DNA of 60,038 nt from an uncultured Candidatus Saccharibacteria bacterium. GTDB taxonomy: Bacteria > Patescibacteriota > Saccharimonadia > Saccharimonadales > CAIOMD01. The DNA lies in assembly GCA_964423475.1 (NCBI GenBank), contig CAYRFD010000001.1, forward strand, positions 1 through 60,038, in the 5' to 3' direction. Positions 46,963 to 56,397 of the stretch are shown in pieces (within the stretch, counting starts at the first letter, position 1; each line of letters opens with the position of its first letter). The position numbers were made by a program, and so were the translations under genes. The notes below the pieces were generated by a model, which saw only the letters and a list, made by a program, of their open reading frames with translations, was not told the origin of the DNA and ran no database searches.

Positions 46963-48555
46963 ATGGCAACAAAATATATTTTTGTTACAGGTGGGGTGTT
47001 AAGTGGTGTAGGTAAAGGAGTAACGGCAGCTAGTTTAGGGGCAGTTTTAAAAAGCCGTGGCTTTAAAGTAAATATTCAAAAATGTGATCCTTATTTTAAC
47101 GTAGATTCAGGAACTCTTAACCCAGCCGAACACGGAGAAGTCTTTGTTACTAAAGATGGAGCAGAAACTGATTTAGATTTAGGCCATTATGAAAGATTTT
47201 TAAGTAGCAATTTAACTCAGCAAAGCTCTACAATGAGCGGGCGCATATACAGACAAGTTATAGAAGACGAAAGATCGGGTAAATATCTTGGTAAAACTGT
47301 TCAAATTATTCCTCACGTAACAGACGCCATGCAAGAGGCTATAATTAGCAGCTCTAAGGGTTTTGATATCCATATAGTTGAAGTTGGTGGCACTGTAGGC
47401 GATTACGAAAGTACTGCATTTATAGAAGCAATTAGGCAATTAAGACTTAAAGTTGGCCCCAAGAATTGCTTGTATATTCATGTAGTGTTTTTACCATTTT
47501 TAGAGGCTAGCCAAGAAGTTAAAAGTAAACCAGCCCAAAACGCTGTAAGAGATTTAAGAGAAGCTGGAATAATATGCGATATTTTGGTTGCAAGAGCCGA
47601 TCATGCGGTGCCAAAAAATATTCTTAAAAAATTAAGCTTGTTTGGTGACATCCCGCTAGATCGTGTGTTGGCTTTGCCTACGGTAGATACTATATATGAA
47701 GTTCCTTTAATTATAGAAGAAACAGGAATTGGTGATATTGTTTGTAAAGAATTAAGTTTACCAAATAAAAAGAGTAAATTAAATGATTGGACAAAGCTTG
47801 TATCTATTATTAAAAAACCAAATAAAAAAGCATGTAAAGTAGCAATTGTTGCAAAATATCTTGATCACACAGACACGTATTCTAGTGTTGTAGAGGCACT
47901 TAAAAGCGCAGCGTGGAGTTTTGATATGGATGTTTCTATAGTATGGGTAGATGCAGAAAAATTAACCAAAGATAACTGTCAAGACAAGTTTAATAAAATA
48001 GATGCTATAGTAGTGCCGGGCGGATTTGGTAATAGGGGTATAGAAGGCAAAATTTTGGCAGCTCAGTACGCTTTACAAAATAATATACCTTATTTGGGTT
48101 TATGTTTAGGAATGCAAGTTGCAAGTATAGGGGCCATAAGGATGGCTGGTATAAAAAATGCCAACTCAACAGAGTTTGATGTAAAATCTAAAGATCCAGT
48201 TATAGATATTATGGAATCACAAAAAAAGCAAAAAAAACTTGGCGGAACAATGCGTTTAGGAGATTATAAATGCGATATTGTAAAAGGGTCTTTAGCCCAC
48301 AAAATGTATAAAAGTGAGCATATTGTAGAGCGTCACAGGCATAGATATGAATTTAACCCTAAATATACAAAACAACTTAATAAAGGAGGCTTAGTTATTT
48401 CTGGTACCAACCCAGAAACAGGTTTAACAGAAATTGTAGAAGCTCCAAAACATTCGTATTTTATTGCCACACAGTTTCACCCAGAATTTACAAGCCGCCC
48501 CCTAAAACCTCACCCGCTATTTGCTGGTTTAATAGGTGCAACTCAAAAACAATAA
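46963..48555 (+). CDS. pyrG: CTP synthase
   Basis: 530 aa with the N-terminal synthetase motifs FVTGGVLSGVGKG and GGTVGDYES, and a GATase domain with GLCLGMQ (Cys nucleophile) and HRHRYEFN. Confidence 0.97.
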   Translation: MATKYIFVTGGVLSGVGKGVTAASLGAVLKSRGFKVNIQKCDPYFNVDSGTLNPAEHGEVFVTKDGAETDLDLGHYERFLSSNLTQQSSTMSGRIYRQVIEDERSGKYLGKTVQIIPHVTDAMQEAIISSSKGFDIHIVEVGGTVGDYESTAFIEAIRQLRLKVGPKNCLYIHVVFLPFLEASQEVKSKPAQNAVRDLREAGIICDILVARADHAVPKNILKKLSLFGDIPLDRVLALPTVDTIYEVPLIIEETGIGDIVCKELSLPNKKSKLNDWTKLVSIIKKPNKKACKVAIVAKYLDHTDTYSSVVEALKSAAWSFDMDVSIVWVDAEKLTKDNCQDKFNKIDAIVVPGGFGNRGIEGKILAAQYALQNNIPYLGLCLGMQVASIGAIRMAGIKNANSTEFDVKSKDPVIDIMESQKKQKKLGGTMRLGDYKCDIVKGSLAHKMYKSEHIVERHRHRYEFNPKYTKQLNKGGLVISGTNPETGLTEIVEAPKHSYFIATQFHPEFTSRPLKPHPLFAGLIGATQKQ

Positions 48556-48561
48556 ATAATT

Positions 48562-49758
48562 ATGGTTGTTAAGAAAAAATTAAATAAAAAAGTATTTATT
48601 TTAATAGCTATTGTTATAATTGCTATAATTTTATTGCTATTTATAATATTAAAGCCAACAAGTAAAAATGTAAGCAATATTGAATCTCAAGGCCAAATAC
48701 AAGATAGTACGGCTAAAAACACCACAAGAATTATTGCGGTTGGCGATCAGTTGCCGCACGACGCAATAAATAAACAAGCGCTTAAACCTGATGGCTCTTA
48801 TGACTATCTGCAGTTTTACAAAGAGATTAAAAATAATTTTAATAATGTACAAGGTGCTTATTGTAATCAAGAAGTCCCAGCCGCAGGATCGGTTGCCCCA
48901 ATAAGTGGTTACCCAGTATTTAACGCTCCTGAGCAGTTTGCTAAAGATTTGAGTGCCCTTGGCTGCAATTTAATTAATTTGGCTAATAACCATATGTTTG
49001 ATAAAGGCCAAGCAGGTATAAATGCAACAAGAGCTGTTTGGGATACTTTGCCAAAAAAAGCTATAGCAGGTGCTAACAGAAACCAAGAAGAGCAAAATAG
49101 CATTCAATATTTTACAGAAAACAATATTAAATTTGCATATTTAGCATTTGCAGAATACTCAAATATTCCAACTAGTACAAATTACGCTATTAATATTTAT
49201 AGCGAGGCAGTTGCAAAGCCATTAGTAACACAAGCCGCAAATAATGCAGATGTTGTTATTGTAAGCATGCACTGGGGAACAGAGTATAGCCCTACAGAAA
49301 ACGATTTTCAAAAAACTGCCGCTAAAGTGTTAGCAGAAAGTGGTGCAGACGTAATAATTGGAGCAGGGCCACACGTGCTGCAACCTGTAGATAAAATAGT
49401 TTCAGAGGGTGGTCGTGAAACTTTAGTTTGGTATAGTTTGGGCAATTTTTTAAGTGCACAGCTAGACCTAGCATCTTTAATTGGTGGCATTGCAGTTATG
49501 GATTTTACAAAATCAGAAAATGGAGCAAAGATAGACTCAATAGGTTTTATACCATCTTATATGCATTACGAATGGACGCCAGAGCAAAAAGCAGCCGATG
49601 CCCTTTTAGAAAGAAAAAACTTTATGGTTTACCCGCTAGAAAAATCCGCAGAGCCGTTGTCTCGTTCGTTATTTAATACAAGCGTAGAAGCTCAAACAGA
49701 GTATGTTAAAAACGTAGTAAACACCCATATAAACATGCCACTCTTACCAACCCAATAA
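48562..49758 (+). CDS. CapA-family (PGA_cap, metallophosphatase-like) membrane-anchored protein
   Basis: 398 aa with an N-terminal TM and CapA-like motifs: IIAVGDQLPHD, NLANNHMFDKG, VSMHWGTEYS, GAGPHVLQPV, YSLGNFLS. Confidence 0.85.
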   Translation: MVVKKKLNKKVFILIAIVIIAIILLLFIILKPTSKNVSNIESQGQIQDSTAKNTTRIIAVGDQLPHDAINKQALKPDGSYDYLQFYKEIKNNFNNVQGAYCNQEVPAAGSVAPISGYPVFNAPEQFAKDLSALGCNLINLANNHMFDKGQAGINATRAVWDTLPKKAIAGANRNQEEQNSIQYFTENNIKFAYLAFAEYSNIPTSTNYAINIYSEAVAKPLVTQAANNADVVIVSMHWGTEYSPTENDFQKTAAKVLAESGADVIIGAGPHVLQPVDKIVSEGGRETLVWYSLGNFLSAQLDLASLIGGIAVMDFTKSENGAKIDSIGFIPSYMHYEWTPEQKAADALLERKNFMVYPLEKSAEPLSRSLFNTSVEAQTEYVKNVVNTHINMPLLPTQ

Positions 49759-50523
49759 TCATAGATTAAAATATTCTTCTAGGGTTGTATTTTGGGAATA
49801 TATTTTTTGGGCGATATCTTTGCCTACAAATCTAAAATGCCATGGTTCATACTGGTAACCTGTTATTTGGTCTTTATCTAAAGGGTATCTTAGTATAAAG
49901 CCATACTTATATGCGTTATCTTTAAGCCAAATGCCTTCTTTTGTGTCCGCAAAACAAGTTTCTAAGTAGCATTCTCTGTTTGTAGGAGCAATATCTAATG
50001 CTAAGCCCGTTTGATGTTCGCTTGTGCCCGGTTTTGCAGATATTTTATCTGCCTCTGCTTGGCCTAAGCTATGTACTAAGTTATTATAATAAAAACCCTG
50101 TAGTTCGGCAGATCTATAACCACTAGCTAGCATTAGATCTAAATTATTGTTTTTTGCATCTGCAAATAATGATTCAAGGTTGGGTGCAACAATATTTCTA
50201 ATACTATTTTCTGAATTGCTTTTTTGATTATTTATAGTAACTTTAGGACTAACCAAATCGCTTGGGACATAGCTAAGTAAAATTGGTCTGTTTTTATTAA
50301 CAATAATAAATTGACTTGCAGAATCGTTAATATCTATATTGTCTTGGGGTTGCTCGTTTAATGCTGTGTTACTACTTGGAGTGTTATATTGGCTAACATT
50401 TATATTTTGTTCTTTATTATTTAACTTTGTATAAGTAAAGAAAAAAATAATGGCCAGTACTAAACAAATAATAAACGCTATAATATATATTTTTTTAGAT
50501 TTAGTTTTTTTACTATGATTCAT
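49759..50523 (-). CDS. D-alanyl-D-alanine carboxypeptidase, M15B (VanY/LdcB-like)
   Basis: 254 aa with an N-terminal TM and zinc-peptidase motifs SGYRS, SEHQTGLALDI and EPWHFRF. Confidence 0.88.
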   Translation of the reverse strand: MNHSKKTKSKKIYIIAFIICLVLAIIFFFTYTKLNNKEQNINVSQYNTPSSNTALNEQPQDNIDINDSASQFIIVNKNRPILLSYVPSDLVSPKVTINNQKSNSENSIRNIVAPNLESLFADAKNNNLDLMLASGYRSAELQGFYYNNLVHSLGQAEADKISAKPGTSEHQTGLALDIAPTNRECYLETCFADTKEGIWLKDNAYKYGFILRYPLDKDQITGYQYEPWHFRFVGKDIAQKIYSQNTTLEEYFNL

Positions 50524-50545
50524 TAATTTATATATTAGCTGTTTA

Positions 50546-50554
50546 TGCTATAAA
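50546..50554 (+). promoter_or_regulatory. Extended -10 promoter (TGcTATAAA) 8 nt upstream of ATG 50563
   Basis: TGCTATAAA lies at 50546-50554 and the ATG at 50563, with no SD. Confidence 0.45.
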
Positions 50555-50562
50555 ATAATAGC

Positions 50563-51825
50563 ATGAGTCTAAATAATAAATATAATTATAGACATAAAAA
50601 AACTAATCTTAATTATAATTATAGTAAACCATTAAAGCGTGGCAAAAATTATAAGCGTTATATGGCCTTTAGTTTAATAATATTAAGTTTGCTAATAGTT
50701 GTATTTGCATTTGTAAAACCTTTGCCACATATTACGGCACAATCAAACTCTATAACAATACCTTCTATAGCGGGCAATCAAATGCCATGGCCAAGCACCG
50801 GAAATTCAGCAATAGGAGCACAATATTTTGGGCCATTATTAAGTAATAATGATGATTCTTCTGTACCCATTGCAAGCACTGCAAAAATATTTACAGCTTT
50901 GTTAGTTAATAACAAAAACCCAATTAAAGGAGATGGAGATAAGCTAGTAATAGATAACCATGATGTACAAATAATGCAAGAATATATATCTAAAAATGGC
51001 TCTATTTTGCCAGTAAACATTGGTCAAGCACTTACCCAAAAAGAAGCTATGCAAGCGTTATTAATTGTTTCTGCCAATAATATTGCCGATACACTGGCTA
51101 TAAAGACATTTGGGTCTGTAGATGCCTATGTGTCTTATGCAAATACTACGCTAAAAGAATGGGGTTTTGTAAATACAAATATAGCCGATGCAAGTGGGTA
51201 TTCCGCATTAACAAAAAGCACAGCGTCTGAACTGGTAAAAGCAGCCGATATGTTAATTTCTAACCCCGATTTGGCACAAATAGTTAATACTGCGCAAATA
51301 GAATCAGCCAATATAGGTATAATACAAAATACAAATAAAATTTTGGGCACAAATGGCGTAATAGGTATTAAAACCGGAAACACAGATGAAGCAGGTGGTT
51401 GTTTTGTGCTTGCACAAAAAATAACTTTAGCAGAAGGCCAAATAGTTACAATGTTGGTTGCTGTTTTAAATCAATATAATGTGCCTGATGCTATTGTTCA
51501 ATCGCTCAATTTATCTCAAGCAGCTTCCGCTGGGTTTGCTTATAAAACAATTATTTCTAAAGACCAAGTTGTTAACCAATATGTAACAAATTGGGGAGAA
51601 TCGTACGATGTTGAAACTAAAGACGATACCAAGGCAACCATTTGGCAATGGAAAGAAACAGTACTGCCCATACAAAGCAAGATATTATCTGCCAACCACT
51701 CTATAAATGAGCCCGTTGGCGTTATAGAAGTAAAATCTAACAATACGTCTAGCACAACACAATTAGTTCTAAATACTAAGATAGAAAAGCCATCTATAAT
51801 GTGGCGATTCACCAATATTATTTAG
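50563..51825 (+). CDS. Serine-type D-Ala-D-Ala carboxypeptidase (S11, PBP5/DacB-like)
   Basis: 420 aa with an N-terminal TM and the motifs SxxK (ASTAKIF), SxN (VSANN) and KTG (IKTGNT). Confidence 0.85.
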   Translation: MSLNNKYNYRHKKTNLNYNYSKPLKRGKNYKRYMAFSLIILSLLIVVFAFVKPLPHITAQSNSITIPSIAGNQMPWPSTGNSAIGAQYFGPLLSNNDDSSVPIASTAKIFTALLVNNKNPIKGDGDKLVIDNHDVQIMQEYISKNGSILPVNIGQALTQKEAMQALLIVSANNIADTLAIKTFGSVDAYVSYANTTLKEWGFVNTNIADASGYSALTKSTASELVKAADMLISNPDLAQIVNTAQIESANIGIIQNTNKILGTNGVIGIKTGNTDEAGGCFVLAQKITLAEGQIVTMLVAVLNQYNVPDAIVQSLNLSQAASAGFAYKTIISKDQVVNQYVTNWGESYDVETKDDTKATIWQWKETVLPIQSKILSANHSINEPVGVIEVKSNNTSSTTQLVLNTKIEKPSIMWRFTNII

Positions 51826-51862
51826 TAATAAATGACTATTATTATATATTCTAAATATATGC

Positions 51863-51891
51863 TTTACATATCTTATGCTATCTGATAATAT
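51863..51891 (+). promoter_or_regulatory. Candidate promoter of the rplC-led ribosomal protein operon
   Basis: -35 TTTACA (51863-51868) is followed by a 17-nt spacer and -10 TAATAT (51886-51891). The leader is about 130 nt and ends in an AAGGAGA SD. Confidence 0.4.
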
Positions 51892-52027
51892 AGTACGGTA
51901 TATTAAACAGCTCCTTGGTGAAATGGCAAGTTGCCTAAAAAATTGGGCAAAACTACCTTTAACCAAGAATTTTTATGCCGTATAAATTAGCGTTTATTGG
52001 TTTGAGCACTAAAATGTAAGGAGAACT

Positions 52028-52639
52028 ATGAAAGCACTCATTACGAGGAAGGTAGGAATGACGAGTATCATTACAGATGCTGGCGTTGTTACACCTATAA
52101 CCTTGCTTTCCGCTAGTCCCTGTGTTGTTACACAGGTCAAAACTGCAGAGTCAGATGGCTACAGCGCAGTACAGCTTGGATTTGAATCATCCAAAAAAGT
52201 TGGTAAAGCCCAAGCGGGGCATTTTAAAAAATCTGATTCTAGCCCAAAAATTGTTCGCGAATTTCGTGTTTCTGAAATTTCCGAAGATTTAACAGTTGGT
52301 GCAAAATTATCGGCAGACACTTTTTCTGTTGGTGATGTAGTAAACGTAACTGGAGTTAGCAAGGGTAAAGGGTTTGCCGGAACAATAAAAAGACATAATT
52401 TTAAAAGAGGACGCAAAACTCATGGTGGCCAAAGCTATCGTAGGCCTGGATCAATTGGATCTATGTATCCTCAAAAGATTTTTAAAGGTAAAAAAATGGC
52501 AGGTCAAATGGGTAATGAGCAAGTTACCGTGCAAAATTTGCACATTGCATTAGTTGATACAGAAAATTCTGTTATTGGTGTTGTAGGTGCCGTTCCTGGT
52601 CCTCGCAAGGGTATTGTTGTTGTAAAGGGAGCAAAATAA
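52028..52639 (+). CDS. rplC: 50S ribosomal protein L3
   Basis: RKVGMTSI...GVSKGKGFAGTIKRHNF..GGQSYRRPGSIG. Confidence 0.97.
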   Translation: MKALITRKVGMTSIITDAGVVTPITLLSASPCVVTQVKTAESDGYSAVQLGFESSKKVGKAQAGHFKKSDSSPKIVREFRVSEISEDLTVGAKLSADTFSVGDVVNVTGVSKGKGFAGTIKRHNFKRGRKTHGGQSYRRPGSIGSMYPQKIFKGKKMAGQMGNEQVTVQNLHIALVDTENSVIGVVGAVPGPRKGIVVVKGAK

Positions 52640-53274
52640 TGGCTGTTTCTACATATACTGCAACTGGTACAAAAGCTGCCACTGCAGCTAAACTTAACAA
52701 AGATATATTTGAAGCAGAAATAGCAAATCATGAGCTACTTAAACAGTCTTATGTTACCTATTTGGCTAACGGGCGTTTAAATTTAGCAAAAACCTTAAAA
52801 AGAGGAGAAGTTAGCGGGGGCGGTAAAAAGCCTTGGCGACAAAAAGGTACAGGTAACGCTCGTACCGGCTCTATACGTAACCCAATCTGGCGTGGTGGAG
52901 GCATTACTTTTGGCCCAAGTGGTAACGAAAATTATAGTAAAAAGTTAAATGTACAGGCTAAGCGACAAGCATTACGCCAGGCTCTTACAATAGCCACCAA
53001 AGAAAAGAACTTTATAGTAATTGATTCTTTCAAAACAGAGGGTAAAGTTAAGGACACTGTTGAATTATTAAATAAAATTGGTGCTTCTAGAAAAACAATA
53101 ATTATTGTTAGTGTATTAGACGATTTGGTAAGCCGAGCAACTAATAACCTTTCAGATGTTAGGCCTATCTATGTAAAGAACTTAAACATAGTAGATGTTA
53201 TTGACGCAAATACTATTATTGTTTCTAAAAAATCTCTTGATGCAATTGATGAATGGTTAGGAGCTAAGAAATGA
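52639..53274 (+). CDS. rplD: 50S ribosomal protein L4
   Basis: GGGKKPWRQKGTGNARTGSIRNPIWRGGG. The start overlaps the rplC stop. Confidence 0.97.
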   Translation: MAVSTYTATGTKAATAAKLNKDIFEAEIANHELLKQSYVTYLANGRLNLAKTLKRGEVSGGGKKPWRQKGTGNARTGSIRNPIWRGGGITFGPSGNENYSKKLNVQAKRQALRQALTIATKEKNFIVIDSFKTEGKVKDTVELLNKIGASRKTIIIVSVLDDLVSRATNNLSDVRPIYVKNLNIVDVIDANTIIVSKKSLDAIDEWLGAKK

Positions 53275-53579
53275 ATTTAATTATAACTCCAAGAGTTAGC
53301 GAAAAAGCATACGCTCAGGCTGGTTCACTAGATACATATGTATTTATTGTTCCTTTACATTCTAATAAGATAGAAGTTAAAAAAGCTGTAGAACAAGAAT
53401 ACGAAGTTACGGTTATTGCGGTAAATATTGTTAATCAAAACGGTAAACCCAAGCAAAGCTATCGTAAGGGTGGCCGAACGATGCCAGGCAACAGAAGTGA
53501 TTCTAAAAAAGCCTATGTTAGAATCAAAGCCGGTCAGAGTATCCCTGTGTTTGCCGCACAAGAACAGGAGTCTAAATAA
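53271..53579 (+). CDS. rplW: 50S ribosomal protein L23
   Basis: It is 102 aa, L23-like (ITPRVSEKAY...KKAVEQEYEVTV...KKAYVRI), and has an ATGA overlap with rplD. Confidence 0.95.
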   Translation: MNLIITPRVSEKAYAQAGSLDTYVFIVPLHSNKIEVKKAVEQEYEVTVIAVNIVNQNGKPKQSYRKGGRTMPGNRSDSKKAYVRIKAGQSIPVFAAQEQESK

Positions 53580-54418
53580 TGTCTGTAACAGCACTTAAAC
53601 CAAATACACCTGGTCAGCGAGGAATGACCACTCAAGATTTTGACGAAATTACAACCAAAAAACCTGTTAAAAGTTTAATAGTAATTAAAAAAGGTTCTGT
53701 TGGCAGAAACAATCAAGGGCGCATAACAACTCGCCATAGAGGCGGTGGTGTAAGACGTTATTACCGAATAGTTAATTATAATTTAGCTCAAGGCATAACC
53801 GCAACTGTAGAAGAAATTGAGTACGACCCAAACCGCTCTGCTAGAATTGCTCGTATTAAAGATCAAGATGGTGCATATCATTATATTATTGCCGCACAAG
53901 GTCTTAAAAAAGGCGATAAGATTGTTTCTAACAAAGAAGCTGCAATTGCTACTGGAAACCGTGTCCCACTAAAAAACATTCCAACTGGTAGCACCATATA
54001 TGCTATAGAGCTTCAGCCAGGAAAGGGAGCCCAGTTAGTTCGTAGTGCTGGTAATAGTGCTCAATTAGTTGCCAAAGAAGGGGACTACGCACAAGTTAAG
54101 TTGCCAAGCGGAGAAGTAAGAAAAATTCATGTTAATTGTAGCGCACATATTGGTAACGTAGGCAATGTTCAGCACCAAAATATAAAGATTGGTAAAGCTG
54201 GGCGTAATCGCCATAAAGGCATCAGGCCAACAGTACGTGGTGTTGTAATGAATGCCGTAGATCACCCACATGGTGGTGGTGACGGTGGCCGCCATGGAAT
54301 GGGCAAAGCACCAAGAACGCCATGGGGCCAAAAGACACTTGGTTTTAAAACGCGTCGTCGTAAGACTTCAAATTCATTTATTGTTAAAAGCCGTCATCAG
54401 GCTAAGAGGAGAGGTTAA
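53579..54418 (+). CDS. rplB: 50S ribosomal protein L2
   Basis: GRNNQGRIT.RHRGGG...VRGVVMNAVDHPHGGGDG. Confidence 0.98.
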   Translation: MSVTALKPNTPGQRGMTTQDFDEITTKKPVKSLIVIKKGSVGRNNQGRITTRHRGGGVRRYYRIVNYNLAQGITATVEEIEYDPNRSARIARIKDQDGAYHYIIAAQGLKKGDKIVSNKEAAIATGNRVPLKNIPTGSTIYAIELQPGKGAQLVRSAGNSAQLVAKEGDYAQVKLPSGEVRKIHVNCSAHIGNVGNVQHQNIKIGKAGRNRHKGIRPTVRGVVMNAVDHPHGGGDGGRHGMGKAPRTPWGQKTLGFKTRRRKTSNSFIVKSRHQAKRRG

Positions 54419-54421
54419 ATA

Positions 54422-54691
54422 ATGAGTCGTTCATTAAAAAAAGGACCATTTATAGACCCTAAGCTTGCAAAAAAAGTGGCGGCTTTAGGATCAGAAGATC
54501 GAACAATTATAAAAACTTGGGCTCGATCATGTACTATTCCACCAGAATTTGTAGGAAAAACAATTGCTGTACATAATGGCCGTTTGCATGTTCCCGTTTT
54601 TATTTCAGAAAATATGGTAGGTCACAAATTAGGTGAGTTTTCTCCTACCCGTAAGTTCCGCAGCCACGGCGGTAAGATGGCAAAGAAATAG
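54422..54691 (+). CDS. rpsS: 30S ribosomal protein S19
   Basis: [12 protein letters not shown]...[24 protein letters not shown]. Confidence 0.97.
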   Translation: MSRSLKKGPFIDPKLAKKVAALGSEDRTIIKTWARSCTIPPEFVGKTIAVHNGRLHVPVFISENMVGHKLGEFSPTRKFRSHGGKMAKK

Positions 54692-54702
54692 GAGCAATGA
54701 GT

Positions 54703-55098
54703 ATGAATGTACAAGCTATTGCAAAAGGTGTTCGTATGAGCCCACGTAAAGTTGGTGTTGTTGCCGCTTTAGTACGGGGCCGTAGTGTAGAAGATGCATT
54801 GGTTATATTAGACCATACCCCAAGACGTTCGGCTGATCCTGTTTATAAGGTTGTTGCAAGCGCCAAGGCTAATGCAGAACACAACCATAACTTAAAGCCT
54901 AATACACTACAGATTGTAGAAATAAGTGTTAGCCCGGGGCCTCGCTTAAAACGATTTCGCCCTGCAGCTCGTGGCCGTGCGTTGCCATTTTTGCGCAGAA
55001 GCAGTCATATTAGAGTAGTAGTATCAGGAGAAGAAAGAATAGTTAAGACAACCACGCAAGCCAAAAAGGCTACTGTGGTTAAAAAGGAGGCCAAATAA
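54703..55098 (+). CDS. rplV: 50S ribosomal protein L22
   Basis: AKGVRMSPRKVGVVAALVRGRSVEDAL. The ATG at 54703 has an AGGAG SD at proper spacing, whereas the ATG at 54697 is only 2 nt from the SD. Confidence 0.95.
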   Translation: MNVQAIAKGVRMSPRKVGVVAALVRGRSVEDALVILDHTPRRSADPVYKVVASAKANAEHNHNLKPNTLQIVEISVSPGPRLKRFRPAARGRALPFLRRSSHIRVVVSGEERIVKTTTQAKKATVVKKEAK

Positions 55099-55727
55099 TG
55101 GGCCAAAAAGTTAATCCTATTAGTATGCGTTTGCAAGTTAATAAAGACTGGCGCAGCAAGTGGTTTGCACCTAAGCGTGATTACGCTAATTATTTATCAC
55201 AAGATTTGTCGGTTCGTCGTTTAGTAGCTAAAAAGTTTACTAACAGGGGAGCAATTAATACAGTAGATATTGAACGTTCACCAAATTTGGTTACAGTAAC
55301 TATTCAAACCGCAAAAGCTGGTGTTGTTATTGGCCGTGGGGGCGCAGGAGCACAAGAGCTAAAAGCCGAATTTGAAAATATATTTGGTACAAGTGTAAGA
55401 GTTAACATAGAAGAGCTTAAAAAATCTGAAATGTATGCCAAACTTGTAGCAGAAAATATAGCTAGCCAAATAGAAAGGCGTATAGCTTTTAGGCGAGCAA
55501 TGAAAAGTACAGCAGCCGCAACAATGAGAGCTGGCGCAAAAGGTGTTCGTATAGAAGTAGCTGGCCGTTTAAACGGCGCCGAAATGTCACGTAGAGAAAA
55601 AATGATTGAAGGCAGCGTACCACTGCATACACTAAGAGCAGATATAGATTACGGTTATGAAAGAGCTAAAACGCCTGCAGGTATTATTGGCGTTAAGGTT
55701 TGGATCTATAAAGGGGAGGCAAAATAA
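55098..55727 (+). CDS. rpsC: 30S ribosomal protein S3
   Basis: [12 protein letters not shown]... with a KH domain ([10 protein letters not shown]) and [12 protein letters not shown]. Confidence 0.97.
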   Translation: MGQKVNPISMRLQVNKDWRSKWFAPKRDYANYLSQDLSVRRLVAKKFTNRGAINTVDIERSPNLVTVTIQTAKAGVVIGRGGAGAQELKAEFENIFGTSVRVNIEELKKSEMYAKLVAENIASQIERRIAFRRAMKSTAAATMRAGAKGVRIEVAGRLNGAEMSRREKMIEGSVPLHTLRADIDYGYERAKTPAGIIGVKVWIYKGEAK

Positions 55728-56140
55728 TGCTATTACCTAATAAAATGAAGCATCGAAAGGTTTTTAAGGGCAAAGTTAGGGGCCCGGCCACTAGAGGTGA
55801 ATATATTGCTTATGGTGAATATGCACTACAAGCCCAGGGGCATGAACGTATTACAAGCCGCCAGATAGAGTCTGCTCGTCAGGCAATGACACGTTATACA
55901 AAACGAGGTGGCAAAATTTGGATTAGAATTTTCCCTCATACACCCGTAACCCGTAAACCTCAAGACGTTAAAATGGGTAGCGGTAAAGGTGCTCCAGAGT
56001 TTTATGTTGCAAAGGTTAAACCAGGAACAGTAATGTTTGAGATGAAAGGCATTACAGAAGAAACCGCGCGTGAGGCTATGCGTCTTGCTGCTCACAAATT
56101 ACCAGTTAAAACTAAGTTTTTAGTTAAAGAGGAGGACTAA
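55727..56140 (+). CDS. rplP: 50S ribosomal protein L16
   Basis: [14 protein letters not shown]...[28 protein letters not shown]. Confidence 0.97.
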   Translation: MLLPNKMKHRKVFKGKVRGPATRGEYIAYGEYALQAQGHERITSRQIESARQAMTRYTKRGGKIWIRIFPHTPVTRKPQDVKMGSGKGAPEFYVAKVKPGTVMFEMKGITEETAREAMRLAAHKLPVKTKFLVKEED

Positions 56141-56141
56141 T

Positions 56142-56396
56142 ATGGCTGACAAAAAACCTAAAAAAAGTCCTACTCAAAAATTATCAGAAGCTAAATTAGC
56201 TAAAAATGTTGATTATATGGTAATGAATAAAGAAGATCTTAATAAAGCTATACAAACCCTACAAACAGAGGTTAAGATGTTTAAAAAAGGTACAGTTACC
56301 AAAGAAGTAGTTAATGTTCATGCGTATAATACTAGACGTAAAGAACTCGCTAGAGCACTTACTGCGCAAAGTAATAAATTAAGAGAGGACCAGTAG
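56142..56396 (+). CDS. rpmC: 50S ribosomal protein L29 (N-terminally extended)
   Basis: Its position between rplP and rpsQ fits L29. The L29-like helical core reads LNKAIQTLQTEVKMFK...RKELARALT. It is 84 aa. Confidence 0.85.
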   Translation: MADKKPKKSPTQKLSEAKLAKNVDYMVMNKEDLNKAIQTLQTEVKMFKKGTVTKEVVNVHAYNTRRKELARALTAQSNKLREDQ

Positions 56397-56397
56397 T

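Noticed and set aside
51960-52019. A possible third, heavily decayed rpsJ 3' vestige just upstream of rplC. The sequence ...ACTAAAATGTAAGGAGAACTATG mimics the canonical junction of rpsJ stop, SD and rplC start, and an in-frame peptide here ends in ...STKM*, compared with ...EIKM* in rpsJ.
   Set aside because: Similarity beyond the terminal AAAATGTAA is too weak (a few scattered residues) to distinguish from chance in AT-rich DNA. It would need an alignment with related genomes.
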